In this document: piece after piece, positions 7,522-17,302 of the stretch | Layout of the letters: each line of letters opens with the position of its first letter | How positions within the stretch are numbered: the stretch's first letter is position 1 | Assembly (NCBI GenBank): GCA_963739455.1 | Contig: CAVUAK010000003.1 | Span: forward strand, 447,400 to 511,399 | Direction: 5' to 3' | Length of the DNA: 64,000 nt | Source of the DNA: an uncultured Gemmatimonadales bacterium | GTDB taxonomy: Bacteria; Gemmatimonadota; Gemmatimonadetes; Gemmatimonadales; GWC2-71-9 | Translations under genes and position numbers: made by a program | The notes under the pieces: generated by a model | The model's input: the letters and a program-made list of their open reading frames with translations, nothing else | Database searches by the model: none | What the model was told of the DNA's origin: nothing

Positions 7522-8895
7522 ATGAGATTGCGGGTTCCATGTGCAGTACTGCTGACATTGCTCCTCGCGCGCGCCGCACATGCGCAGCAGCCGACTCCTG
7601 CCGCAACGGATTCGCTCGCGCGCGCGCTGAGCGCGATCACTGCGCGTCTCGACTCGCTCGAGGGCGGCGGCTGTCCGAGCGGTCCCGCCATCGTACTCCC
7701 GCAGGCACCGGCTGGCGATCCCCGCACTGACTCGCTCGCCGCCGGGCTGACGCAGATCAACCAGCGGCTCGAGCGCATGGTGGCTGCGCGATGTGGTGTC
7801 GCAGCGGCGGCACCCGCCGACAGCGGATCCGACGACCTTGCCGCGCTTCGTGCCGCCGCCGCCGAGGCATCGGGCACGCCGACGGCCGCCGCTGCTGCCG
7901 ATACCGCTGCCAAGCCAACCGAGTTCGTCGGTCGTCAGCGCAACGCCTCGGCAATGAACCCGGAGATCAGCGCCACCGGGGATATCCGCTTCGAGTTCCC
8001 CGAGCACGAGGCGGTGCAGGTGATCCCGCGCGAGTTCGAGCTCGCCTTCCAGGCCACGCTCGACCCCTACTCGGCCACCAAGATCTTCGTGTCGTTCGAG
8101 GACGGTGAGGTGAGTATCGAGGAGGGCTACATCTACTGGACCGGGCTGCCGGCACACCTCAGGGTGGATGCTGGTGTCTTCCGCCAGGAAGTGGGCGAGC
8201 TCAATCGCTGGCACCTGCATGCGCTGCCGGAGTCGGAGTACCCGCTCGTCTATCGCACCTACCTGGGTAGTGACGGCCTGGATGGCGTCGGTCTCTCCAT
8301 CTACAGCGCGCTGCCATTCTCCATTGCCCACGGCACCCACGAAGCCTGGCTCCAGGGCACGTCGGTGTCGAGCGACCCGCTCTACGCCGGCGAGCGCCGA
8401 CCGACACTTCTCGGGCGACTCAAGAACTTCTGGCAATTGAATCGCAGCACGTACGTGCAACTGGGCTTCACCGGGCTGGGTGGTGCCACCTCCGGTGATA
8501 CCCTGGCGAGCCGGGTGCTTGGTGCCGATTTCCGCCTCACCTGGCGCCCGCCCAATGCCGGCACCCGACAGGACCTGACCCTGCGAGTTGAAGGGTACCA
8601 GTTCCACGCCAACGAACTCGGTACGAGCACCGACCGCTACGGCATGTATGCTGCCGTCAACTACAAGGCGAGCCGCCGGTGGGTGCTCGGACTGCGGTAC
8701 GACTACGTGCAGGCGCCGCGGGGTCCGTACTCGACGGTATGGGGACTGACCCCGACATTGACGTGGTGGCAGAGCGAGTTCGTCTTTCTCCGCCTGGAAA
8801 ACGACTACCGAAGTGACAGTGTGCTCGGTTCCGAGAACCTGGCGCTCCTGCAGGTGGTCTGGGCGCTCGGGCCACACAAACACGAGACCTACTAA
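7522..8895 (+). CDS. Putative outer-membrane beta-barrel (porin-like) of a metal uptake operon
   Basis: Signal peptide, coiled-coil N-terminus, NPEIS / ELAFQATLDPY / LNRWHLH motifs, His-containing end GPHKHETY; first gene before the SBP. Confidence 0.7.
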   Translation: MRLRVPCAVLLTLLLARAAHAQQPTPAATDSLARALSAITARLDSLEGGGCPSGPAIVLPQAPAGDPRTDSLAAGLTQINQRLERMVAARCGVAAAAPADSGSDDLAALRAAAAEASGTPTAAAAADTAAKPTEFVGRQRNASAMNPEISATGDIRFEFPEHEAVQVIPREFELAFQATLDPYSATKIFVSFEDGEVSIEEGYIYWTGLPAHLRVDAGVFRQEVGELNRWHLHALPESEYPLVYRTYLGSDGLDGVGLSIYSALPFSIAHGTHEAWLQGTSVSSDPLYAGERRPTLLGRLKNFWQLNRSTYVQLGFTGLGGATSGDTLASRVLGADFRLTWRPPNAGTRQDLTLRVEGYQFHANELGTSTDRYGMYAAVNYKASRRWVLGLRYDYVQAPRGPYSTVWGLTPTLTWWQSEFVFLRLENDYRSDSVLGSENLALLQVVWALGPHKHETY

Positions 8896-8905
8896 GGATG
8901 GATCG

Positions 8906-9937
8906 ATGCTGATTGCGGCCTTCATGCTCCTGGCGAGTGTCACCGGTACTCCACCCGGTGCTGCCCCACTCAAGATTGTCACCAGTCTCACCACCTACGG
9001 CGCCATTGCCCGGGAGATTGTGGGTGACAAGGGCACCGTTACCTCGATCGCGCAGGGCGATGAAGACCCGCATTTTGTGCAGCCCAAGCCGAGCTTCGTG
9101 GCGGCGCTGCGCGACGCCGACCTCTTCGTCACGACAGGCCTCGACCTGGAGCTCTGGGTGCCACCGCTGCTCGACCGCGCCGGCAACCGGAAGATTTCTG
9201 AGGGCGGGCCCGGCTACGTCACTGCCTATACCGGGATCACGCTGCTCGAGGTACCAACGTCGCTCGACCGTGCCGGTGGAGACATTCACGCCGACGGCAA
9301 CCCGCACATCCACACCGATCCCATCAACGGGATCATCATCGCGCGCAATATCCTTACGGGCCTTACCCGCGTGTCACCGGAGAATGCGCCGTACTTCACC
9401 GCGCGCGAGCAGGATTTCGAGAAGCGGGTGCTCACGGCAACCGTCGGTGCGGACCTGGTAACCGTGCTCACGCAACCGACGGTGTACGACCTGCTGCACA
9501 GCAACAAGTTCCTCGATTTCATTGCCGCGACGAAGTACCAGGGCAAGCCGCTGTCCGACCGGCTGGGCGGGTGGCTCAAGCAGGGTGAGGGGTTCCGGGG
9601 GAAGGAAATGGCCTGCTATCACAAGGAATGGGCCTACTTCAGCCAGCGGTTCAAGGTGGTGTGCGCTGACTACATCGAGGCCAAGCCGGGCATTCCGCCG
9701 ACTCCCGGCCACGTGCAGGAGATCATTGCGCTGATGAAGGAGCGGAAGATCACCGTGCTTTTCGCCTCGAACTACTTCAGCAAGAGCCAGATCGAGCAGG
9801 TGGCACAGCGCACCGGCGCTACCGCTGTGATCGTCGCGGAAAACACTGACGGCGCACCCGGCATCGTCACTTACTTCGACCTCATCAATTCGTGGGTGAG
9901 CGGCCTGGCCAGCGCCTTTGCCGCCGGAGCGCACTGA
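8906..9937 (+). CDS. Metal (Zn/Mn) ABC transporter substrate-binding protein, ZnuA/TroA family
   Basis: EDPHF, GLDLE, GNPHIH, YHKEW, EAKPGIPPT. Confidence 0.9.
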   Translation: MLIAAFMLLASVTGTPPGAAPLKIVTSLTTYGAIAREIVGDKGTVTSIAQGDEDPHFVQPKPSFVAALRDADLFVTTGLDLELWVPPLLDRAGNRKISEGGPGYVTAYTGITLLEVPTSLDRAGGDIHADGNPHIHTDPINGIIIARNILTGLTRVSPENAPYFTAREQDFEKRVLTATVGADLVTVLTQPTVYDLLHSNKFLDFIAATKYQGKPLSDRLGGWLKQGEGFRGKEMACYHKEWAYFSQRFKVVCADYIEAKPGIPPTPGHVQEIIALMKERKITVLFASNYFSKSQIEQVAQRTGATAVIVAENTDGAPGIVTYFDLINSWVSGLASAFAAGAH

Positions 9938-10776
9938 TGGACCTGAGCCTCTTCCTGCCGCCGCTGGTCGCGTGCCTCATCATCGTGGCGATTCACTCCT
10001 ATCTCGGACTCCACGTGCTGGCGCGCGAGGTCATCTTCGTTGACCTCTCCCTGGCCCAGATGGCGGCGCTCGGTTCGGCGGTGGCCGTACTGGTCGGCAC
10101 CGCGCCCGATTCGCCGCGCGGGTTCCTCTATCTCCCTGGGCTTTACCACCATCGGTGCAGCGCTCTTCGCCGCGACGCGAAGCAACGGCAAGGGCCGGGT
10201 GCCGCACGAGGCCATCATCGGCATCGTGTTCGTCGTGGCGTCAGCCGCGGCAATCCTGGTGGCCGATCATACGGCGCGGGGCGGGGAAGCGATCAAGGAC
10301 ATCCTGGTGGGCAGCCTGCTCTGGGTCACCTGGCCGACGATCATCCGGCTCGCCGCCGTGTACGCGCGATCGGGGTGTTCCACTGGGTTCTGCGCCGCCG
10401 GTTTCTCACCATCTCATTCAAGCCCGAGGTCGCGGTAACAGAGGGCTGGAACCTCAAGCTCTGGGATTTCTGGTTCTATCTCTCGTTCGGCGTGGTGATC
10501 ACCTTTTCCGTGCCGATCGTCGGCGTGTTGCTCGTTTTCTCGTTCCTGGTTGTCCCTGCTGCCATTGCCTTCCAGTTCACCCAGCGGCTCGGAATGCTGG
10601 CTGTCCTGGCGTGGATCGCCGGTGTCGTCGCTTCGGCGACCGGGCTCTGGATTTCCTTCCGATTCGACCAGCCCACGGGGCCGGTCATTGTATGCGTGTT
10701 CGGGTTGCTGTTACTCGTGGTGTCGGTGGTGCGCCGGATGGCTGTGAAGGGTTCAGGGTTGAGGGTTGAGGGTTGA
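9937..10776 (+). CDS. Metal ABC transporter permease, ZnuB/MntB family (frameshifts near 10130 and 10365)
   Basis: HSYLGLHVLAREVIFVDLSLAQ, EAIIGIVF, GVLLVFSFLVVPA; TGATG overlap with SBP gene. Confidence 0.85.
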   Translation: MDLSLFLPPLVACLIIVAIHSYLGLHVLAREVIFVDLSLAQMAALGSAVAVLVGTAPDSPRGFLYLPGLYHHRCSALRRDAKQRQGPGAARGHHRHRVRRGVSRGNPGGRSYGAGRGSDQGHPGGQPALGHLADDHPARRRVRAIGVFHWVLRRRFLTISFKPEVAVTEGWNLKLWDFWFYLSFGVVITFSVPIVGVLLVFSFLVVPAAIAFQFTQRLGMLAVLAWIAGVVASATGLWISFRFDQPTGPVIVCVFGLLLLVVSVVRRMAVKGSGLRVEG

Positions 10777-10808
10777 AGACCCTTAACGCTCAAGCTGAAC
10801 CCTGAACC
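10750..10808. repeat. Inverted heptamer tandem repeat (GGTTGAG)n between convergent genes
   Basis: GGTTCAG GGTTGAG GGTTGAG GGTTGAA facing CTCAAGC TGAACCC TGAACC. Confidence 0.75.
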
Positions 10809-10809
10809 G

Positions 10810-13800
10810 TCAAAACATGTACCTCGCACCGAGCTGAATCGTGTACGGATCCCCCTGCTTCTGCACCACGCCGAAGTTCTGGTTCACGGTATAGCGATAG
10901 CGCTGGGTGGCCTGATCGAAGCCGACAACATTCAGCAGTGGAATCCGCTGCAGCACCGGGTTCTGGGTGGAAATGCCGAGCGGCAGCAGGTACTGACCTC
11001 CCCAGTCCGAGTTGAGCAGGTTCATGAAGTTGAAGACGTCGACGGTGAACTCGATGGCCTGCGCCTTGTAGATGTGGAACGCCTTGGCAAGGCGGAGGTC
11101 GACGCGTGAGTTCCACGGCGCGCTGGCGCCGTTCCGGCTGGCGATCTGACCCAGATTGGCCTTCAGATAGTCTCGCGCGACGTTGTCGGGGTTGTTGAGG
11201 ACCGTTCGCATGCCCGCCGCAATATCCGCTGGGGTGTTCGGGTCGTCGGGGTTGAAGATGAACGCCAGGTCGTTGCCGTTCACCTCGTCGCCGTTGATGT
11301 CCCCGTTGATCACCGCCGAGAACGGCCGACCCGAAATGCCCACGTAGCGAACGCTCAGCACGAACCCGACCACCGGTGGCAGTGAACCAGCGATCACCAG
11401 CTTGTTCGTGAACGCGAGGTCGGACGGTCCCCAGGAGCCGCTGATGTCCCTGGGATCCCCCTTGATGGCGGTGAAGCTGGTGGCCGTACGGGCCAGGCAG
11501 CAGCCGTAGGTGGTGTTGTCTTCCGCGTTGTTCCTCGTATACGACACCTGCAGCAGGCTCTTGCTGGTCGGCCGGATCGCGGCCTCGATGATGAGTGACA
11601 GGTCATGTCCTGATCCAACATTCGTGAGCCCCAGCACCCGGCCGATCGAGGCAACCTTCCGGGCGTTTCGGTTGTTCGTCACCCCCAGTGCGGTAATCGT
11701 CGAGGCTGGCACGAACACGGGGCGGTTGGCCTCGTTGGACAGCGTGAAGGCAGGGTCGGTGACCAGGTTCTCGTCGACGTAGTAGTAGTTACTGCTGGTC
11801 CATGCACCGAGCAGCGTTCCCGTCAGTGTGAGCCATTTCGAGAACTGATGCTGGTAAGCAAGGCTGCCCTTCCAGGTGAGCGGCACATGGAAGTCACTAC
11901 CGACCACGTTCACGTATGACGGCGGGATGGGTGCCCCGGCCGGGACCCCTGGGATGGTGCTCGGGTCGGCGGCGTACTCGGGGTAGTCAGGGATGGGCAC
12001 GGCCGCGCCGCGGAGGTCGATGTCGGTGAGGAGCAGGCCGTCATTGAGCAACTGGTTGTGCTGTGCGTAGTACGGTAGCTGTGACGTGAAGAGACCTCCG
12101 CCAGCGCGGACAATGTCCTTTCCGGAGGCCCCCGGTATCCAGACCACCTGGGCGCGCGGCTGCAGCGTGAACCAGTCCTGGGGCTTCTTGGTGGTGTTGA
12201 AGCCCAGTGCCGTGTCGACCAGCGGATTGTATGCTGCCCCGGTCAGGAACGCTGAAGCATCCCAGCGAAGGCCGCCGGTCACGGTGAGGGTGCGTGAGGG
12301 TCGCCACTCACCCTGCGCGAAGAGCCCGAGTTCCAGCACCCCCTGGCGCGTCAGGGTCGAGTCGGGAGTGAGCGGGACGCTCCGGGTGAAGCGCGACGCC
12401 TTGAGTGCATCGAGCGCTCCCAGCGAATCGAATTCGAACAACCCGCTCTGTGCCTCGGCGATGTAGGTACGCAGTAGCGTGTAGGTGTTGTTGGTACCGA
12501 TCGAGAACAGGGCGTTGCCCTTCTGTATCACCGCCTGGTCGAACAGCTGGTACTGCCACTCACGACTCACGTCAGGAGCCAGCCGATTGCCCCCGAACTG
12601 AACGCGCACGTCGCCCACCGTCCCATCGGGAAGGTCCGACTTGATTCGCACGAACCCGCGGGGCAACGGGGTGATTGGCGTCAGGGACCGGCTGGAGGTG
12701 TTCCAGGCGAACTGGAGGTCGTTCTGGGCCGAGGCACCGAGCGTCGACCGCAACGACGCCTGGAACTGCTGCTCGGCCGACGTGAAGCTGGACCGGGCAT
12801 CGTAGATGGCCAGCGGCTGGTCTACGCCTCCACTCAGCGGGTTGTCCCAGTCGGTGTAGTTATACCGCAGCGTGAGGGTCTGGCTGGTCGAGATGGCCCA
12901 ATCCACTCGGCCGAAGGCGGTATTGGCAACGAGACTGCGATCGAAGGCCCCAACCTGTTGCTGGTTGGGATCCTGGCCGTACTTCTCCTGCAGGATGGCC
13001 AGCATGCGCGCGAGTGAATCACGTGAAATCCCTGCGGCGATTTCGTCCTGGTCCGTCTTCAGGTCGGCGATGAAGAGTGTCTCGCGGCTGTCATAGCGCT
13101 CGAATGCCGCGAAGAAGAGCAGCTTGTTCTTCACGATGGGCCCGCCGATGCTGCCGCCCCACTGCGTCGTGCTGAAGTCGCGCTGGTCACGGTCCCGGCC
13201 CAGGTAGTCCGTTGGCGCACTCAGGGCAGCGCTCCGGTGGAAGCCAAACACCGATCCATTGAGTGTGTTGGTGCCTGAGCGCGTCGCGGCACTGATGGTC
13301 CCGCCTCCCGCCCGGCCAAGCGACACGTCATAGACGTTCGGGTTGACCTCGAATTCCTGGATGGCCTCCATGCTCACCGTAAACGGACCGGCGCCCGCCT
13401 CTCCCGCGCGCAACATGTTCCGCGCCTGGGCGCCATCGATCGTGTAGTTGGTGGCAGTCCAGCGGGCACCGCCAAGCGATTGCTGTGAACCGACAGTCGG
13501 GGCGAGTGCGGAGAGATCGGTGAAGTTGCGGCTAAGCGTGGGAATGGAGGCGAGCTGCTCTGCATCAAACCGGGCATTGCCACCGATGCGACCCGCCCGC
13601 TCGTCCAGGCTGTCGGAGGTGGCAACGAGCTCTTCCAGTTCCACGACCGAGGGGGTCAGCACGAACGCGACATCCACCCGGTCACCCAGACCGAGCGAGA
13701 TGCCGGTGTCCTGGGACGGAGTGTAGCCGATGCGCTTGGCGGTGACGGTGTAGGGGCCACCGAGGGGCAACTGGAGGAATGCGAAGCGGCCGGAGGTGTT

Positions 13801-14010
13801 GGTGGCGGCGCGGGCGATGAAGCCCGTCGACACGTTCTTCACCTCGATCGTTACTTCAGCGAGCGGTGCTCCCGTGCTGTCCCGTGCAGTTCCCAGGATT
13901 GCCGCATCGGTGGTCTGGGCCGCGAGTGGGCGGCACCAGAGGGCGGCGACGATGAGAATGCAGGTTAAACGAATCGCACGACATACAAACGCAGTTGTGC
14001 AGGGAGGCAT
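10810..14010 (-). CDS. TonB-dependent receptor with N-terminal carboxypeptidase-regulatory-like domain (Oar type); exact start uncertain
   Basis: GRFAFLQLPLGGPYTVT, AIQEFEV, TRSGTN, QWGGSIGGPI, C-terminal QLGARYMF. Confidence 0.9.
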   Translation of the reverse strand: MPPCTTAFVCRAIRLTCILIVAALWCRPLAAQTTDAAILGTARDSTGAPLAEVTIEVKNVSTGFIARAATNTSGRFAFLQLPLGGPYTVTAKRIGYTPSQDTGISLGLGDRVDVAFVLTPSVVELEELVATSDSLDERAGRIGGNARFDAEQLASIPTLSRNFTDLSALAPTVGSQQSLGGARWTATNYTIDGAQARNMLRAGEAGAGPFTVSMEAIQEFEVNPNVYDVSLGRAGGGTISAATRSGTNTLNGSVFGFHRSAALSAPTDYLGRDRDQRDFSTTQWGGSIGGPIVKNKLLFFAAFERYDSRETLFIADLKTDQDEIAAGISRDSLARMLAILQEKYGQDPNQQQVGAFDRSLVANTAFGRVDWAISTSQTLTLRYNYTDWDNPLSGGVDQPLAIYDARSSFTSAEQQFQASLRSTLGASAQNDLQFAWNTSSRSLTPITPLPRGFVRIKSDLPDGTVGDVRVQFGGNRLAPDVSREWQYQLFDQAVIQKGNALFSIGTNNTYTLLRTYIAEAQSGLFEFDSLGALDALKASRFTRSVPLTPDSTLTRQGVLELGLFAQGEWRPSRTLTVTGGLRWDASAFLTGAAYNPLVDTALGFNTTKKPQDWFTLQPRAQVVWIPGASGKDIVRAGGGLFTSQLPYYAQHNQLLNDGLLLTDIDLRGAAVPIPDYPEYAADPSTIPGVPAGAPIPPSYVNVVGSDFHVPLTWKGSLAYQHQFSKWLTLTGTLLGAWTSSNYYYVDENLVTDPAFTLSNEANRPVFVPASTITALGVTNNRNARKVASIGRVLGLTNVGSGHDLSLIIEAAIRPTSKSLLQVSYTRNNAEDNTTYGCCLARTATSFTAIKGDPRDISGSWGPSDLAFTNKLVIAGSLPPVVGFVLSVRYVGISGRPFSAVINGDINGDEVNGNDLAFIFNPDDPNTPADIAAGMRTVLNNPDNVARDYLKANLGQIASRNGASAPWNSRVDLRLAKAFHIYKAQAIEFTVDVFNFMNLLNSDWGGQYLLPLGISTQNPVLQRIPLLNVVGFDQATQRYRYTVNQNFGVVQKQGDPYTIQLGARYMF

Positions 14011-14098
14011 GCACGCTAACGTACGCGCGGTGCAGTATTGCGCAAATAGAACTGGTGAATGACTGCATTGACGCCCGCTATCAGCGGACGCGGCAGCA

Positions 14099-14695
14099 TC
14101 ACGCCCGAGGCACGAAGTTGAGCGCGACGGAATTCATGCAGTAGCGCAGGCCGGTTGGCTTGGGGCCGTCGTCGAACACATGGCCGAGATGCGCATCGCA
14201 AAGGGTGCACGAGATGGCGTCCCGCTGCATGCCGAGGCTGCTGTCCGAGCTCTTCACGACGTTCATCGCCGATATGGGCGCCCAGAAGCTCGGCCACCCG
14301 GTGCCCGACTCGAATTTCGTCTTCGAATCAAAGAGTGCATTGTCGCAGCAGATGCACCGGTACAAGCCGTCGGCATGATTGTCGGCGTACTTGCCGGTAA
14401 ATGACCGCTCCGTCCCCTCCTGGCGCGTCACGTAGTAGGACGCTGCCGACAGCTGCAGCTTCCACTCCGCGTCGGTCTTCACCACCATCGGCAGGCGAAC
14501 GACCCCCTCGCTCTTGCCCGCGGCCGAAAAGCGCTCGATGGAGACATCCTTTCGCGTCGGCACCAAGGTGAGCGCGTGCGAGGCGGCCGAGCGGTACCAG
14601 GCGCCAGCGGACACGGCAATGAGGCCACTCAAGAGAAAGGCTCGACGCCCAAGCGACTGGCCTGGCACCGAAGCTGGCTCGTTCAGGGTTCTCAC
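14099..14695 (-). CDS. msrB: Peptide-methionine (R)-S-oxide reductase, Tat-exported, Zn-binding type
   Basis: GRRAFL Tat motif, CICC and [24 protein letters not shown]. Confidence 0.93.
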   Translation of the reverse strand: MRTLNEPASVPGQSLGRRAFLLSGLIAVSAGAWYRSAASHALTLVPTRKDVSIERFSAAGKSEGVVRLPMVVKTDAEWKLQLSAASYYVTRQEGTERSFTGKYADNHADGLYRCICCDNALFDSKTKFESGTGWPSFWAPISAMNVVKSSDSSLGMQRDAISCTLCDAHLGHVFDDGPKPTGLRYCMNSVALNFVPRA

Positions 14696-14774
14696 GACTC
14701 TTCTCCCATGGTTGGACCGTAGTACTAGAATACGTCGCTACCGGAAAATCGGATCCCTTCACCCCTGGATGCCC

Positions 14775-15311
14775 ATGCGCAGAGCGTTCCTGATCCTTGG
14801 CTTGGCCCTGACTGCCTCACCCCTGGCTGCCCAGGCGGCCCCGGCTGGTCCACGGGCGTCCGATGTCCAGTCGCTGGATGCCATCCTGGCGGCCCTCTAC
14901 GACGTGATATCCGGCCCAGCTGGGCAGACGCGAGATTGGGACAGGATGCGTAACCTGTTCGTTTCGGGGGCGCGCCTGATCCCGACCGTCTACCGGCCCG
15001 ACAGCATTCCGCGGTTGCGTGAGCTCAGCGTCGAGGACTACATCAAGCTCGCCGGCCCGCAGCTCGAGAAGAACGGGTTCTTCGAGACCGAAATCGCGAG
15101 GCAGGTGGAGCAGTACGGTGGCGTGGTTCACGCGTTCAGCACATACGAGAGCCGGCACAAGGCCGATGACCCGGCGCCCTTCGTGCGGGGCATGAACAGC
15201 ATCCAGCTCTTCAACGACGGCCAGCGCTGGTGGGTTGTCACCATCCTGTGGGAGGGGGAGCGGCCCTCCAACCCGATCCCCCCGAAGTACCTGAAGAGCG
15301 GCGCGAACTAG
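14775..15311 (+). CDS. Exported hypothetical protein (probable NTF2/SnoaL-like fold)
   Basis: Signal peptide; YDVISGPAG..RDWDR, HAFSTYE, GMNSIQL..DGQRWWV. Confidence 0.65.
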   Translation: MRRAFLILGLALTASPLAAQAAPAGPRASDVQSLDAILAALYDVISGPAGQTRDWDRMRNLFVSGARLIPTVYRPDSIPRLRELSVEDYIKLAGPQLEKNGFFETEIARQVEQYGGVVHAFSTYESRHKADDPAPFVRGMNSIQLFNDGQRWWVVTILWEGERPSNPIPPKYLKSGAN

Positions 15312-15358
15312 TGGATAGGCAACGGCCCCGCGGGTAGTCACATGAGCAGGATGTCGGC

Positions 15359-16070
15359 CTAGATGCCGCCCAGCCACGGATAACCCTGGTCCTCCCAGTA
15401 GCCGCCGGGCCGCGTGCTGGTGAATGTCATCTTCGTGAGGTACTTGGTCAGCTTGTAGCCGAGCTTGATGGGCGAGTACAGGCGCAGCGGCGCCCCGTGA
15501 TCAGGCATCAGCGGACGGTCATTGAAGGCGTACGCCAGCATCGTCTGCGGGTGCATGGCGCTCGCCATGTCCCAGCCGTTGTAGTAGCCATTGTCGAACG
15601 AATCGAAGCGCACATAGCGCGCGCGTTCGGTCGGCTGCACCAGGTCCGCGACAACCGAGAGCGGCACGCCGGACCATGTGGCGACCGCCGTCCACCCCTC
15701 CACGCAATGATGCTTCACGGTGTAGGTCACGCGCGGCAGCTGCTGCAGCATCTCCAGTGTCAGTGATGTCGGCGCCTTCACCTCGCCTCCCACCTCCAGC
15801 GCCCATGGCTGTGCCACAGTGAGTGTTGGTACCTCGCGACTGATGAAGTATCCAGGCATCGTGCCGCTGCCGGGCCGAAGCCGGATACACCCTGGCCAGG
15901 CGCTTGCTCGACTGCAAGATGTTCTCGCCGACCCAGTCATTGAGGCGCGACATCGAGGCGAGTTTCGACTTGACCAGTGGGCCGCCGTCCCAGCCGCAGC
16001 CTGCCACCAGTGCCGCGGGGCCGGCGACGACGCCGAGGCGCAGGAAATCACGGCGATCGAGGCTAGCCAT
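15359..16070 (-). CDS. Sulfite-oxidase-family molybdoenzyme (MsrP/YedY-like), Tat lipoprotein (frameshift near 15870)
   Basis: DRRDFL...LVAGC; HHCVEGW, WSGVPL, HPQTMLAY, HGAPLRL..PIKLGYK, GGYWEDQGY. Confidence 0.85.
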
Positions 16071-16744
16071 GGCTGGGGAACTTTCCGCGATACCAACCGG
16101 TCACCATCGACGGGAGCGAACGCGGGATCGGCGAGCAGGACCGCGCCGACGTGCACGATGGTGAAGGCGATGAACAGCCATACGGCGACAAAGTGCCAGT
16201 ATCGGGCCAGTTCAAATCCGCCGAAGAGCGAGGTCAGCCAGGAAAGCTGCACCGGCTTGTAGATGGCAAAGCCACTCAGCACGGAGATGGCGCCAAGTGC
16301 CATGATGAAGGTGTACGCACCCTTCTGCAGCGCGTTGTGCTTCCCCTGGGGCGGGTGCTCCTTGCGGAGGCGCAGGTAGTAGAGCTGCATCTCGATGGCC
16401 GGCCTCACGTCGCGAGGACGGAAGAGCAGCTCGCGCCATTGGCCGGTGAAGATGAGGAACCCCAGGTAGGTGAGGCCGGTAATGACGAGCGGCCATGCCA
16501 GCGCGAAATGCCAGTTCAGGCCGCCGGCGAGCCAGCCACCCAGTCGTACCGCCTCGGGAAAGGTGTAGCCGTCGAAGGGATTGGGAACGGCGAGCGTCTC
16601 CCCCTTGGACCCGAAATGACGGAAGGCCCCGTAGATCTGCAGGCCGCTCGCGATCATCCCGGTCAGGACGATGGCATTGAGCCAGTGCGTGAGGCGCACC
16701 AGGCCATGGTGCCGCCTCACGCGTGGATTGGGGGACTCGGTCAT
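16063..16744 (-). CDS. Cytochrome b membrane subunit (PhsC/HyaC-like), partner of the molybdoenzyme (frameshift near 16120)
   Basis: VRLTHWLN, WHFALAW, HNALQK, RYWHF...VH; corrected end GWYRGKFPSHG* overlaps the next ATG. Confidence 0.85.
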
Positions 16745-16927
16745 TCCGGCATTCCTTTCGAGCGTACCTGAACATACGCCCCCACGCCGGAATCGGTTCT
16801 CCCACGGTTGCCTAACGACGCACATCTGGCAGATTCAGGAAGGTCTACGCCTCAACCCGGTCGGATCGGATGCATGGGGGCGGACCGACTTTCACACTTG
16901 CAGTTTGACGCCATTCAGGAGGGTGAC

Positions 16928-17299
16928 GTGCGTTCTCGATTTTCCTCCGTCGCGCTTGCCGCGCTGACGACCCTTGCAATTCCGACGGTCGCGCAGGCCC
17001 AGAAGCCCGCGCCCATCGCTCCTTCGCAACTGCTGACGCAGCGGCAGGAGCTGAACCTCACCCCGGCGCAGGTGCGCGAGCTTTCACTGCTCGCGGCGCA
17101 GGCGCATCGTTACCAGATGGCGGTGCTCTTCGCACCGTCCAAGCCCTGGATTGCGAGCGCCAGGGGTACCGCCCACGACGTTGCCTCGGAGCGGGCGCTG
17201 GCCCTGCTGTCACCGGAGCAGCGGGTCCTTGCCACAAGGCCTGCGACGGATTCTGTTGAGTTGGCAAGCAAGGATCAGCCGTCGGTACTTCTGGACTAG
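16928..17299 (+). CDS. Small periplasmic protein, Spy/CpxP-like (LTxxQ motifs)
   Basis: AGGAGG then GTG; signal peptide; ELNLTPAQ and LLSPEQ. Confidence 0.55.
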   Translation: MRSRFSSVALAALTTLAIPTVAQAQKPAPIAPSQLLTQRQELNLTPAQVRELSLLAAQAHRYQMAVLFAPSKPWIASARGTAHDVASERALALLSPEQRVLATRPATDSVELASKDQPSVLLD

Positions 17300-17302
17300 C
17301 GG

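Noticed and set aside
7342..8994. Long antisense ORFs (e.g. 7342-8994, 31223-32545, 47616-49082)
   Set aside because: They shadow real genes on the other strand, as expected in high-GC DNA, and show no recognisable motifs.
15359..16825. Apparent cytochrome b-molybdoenzyme fusion (488 aa)
   Set aside because: Two indels join the frames; the molybdoenzyme has its own ATG and Tat signal at 16070 and the cytochrome b a stop at 16063.
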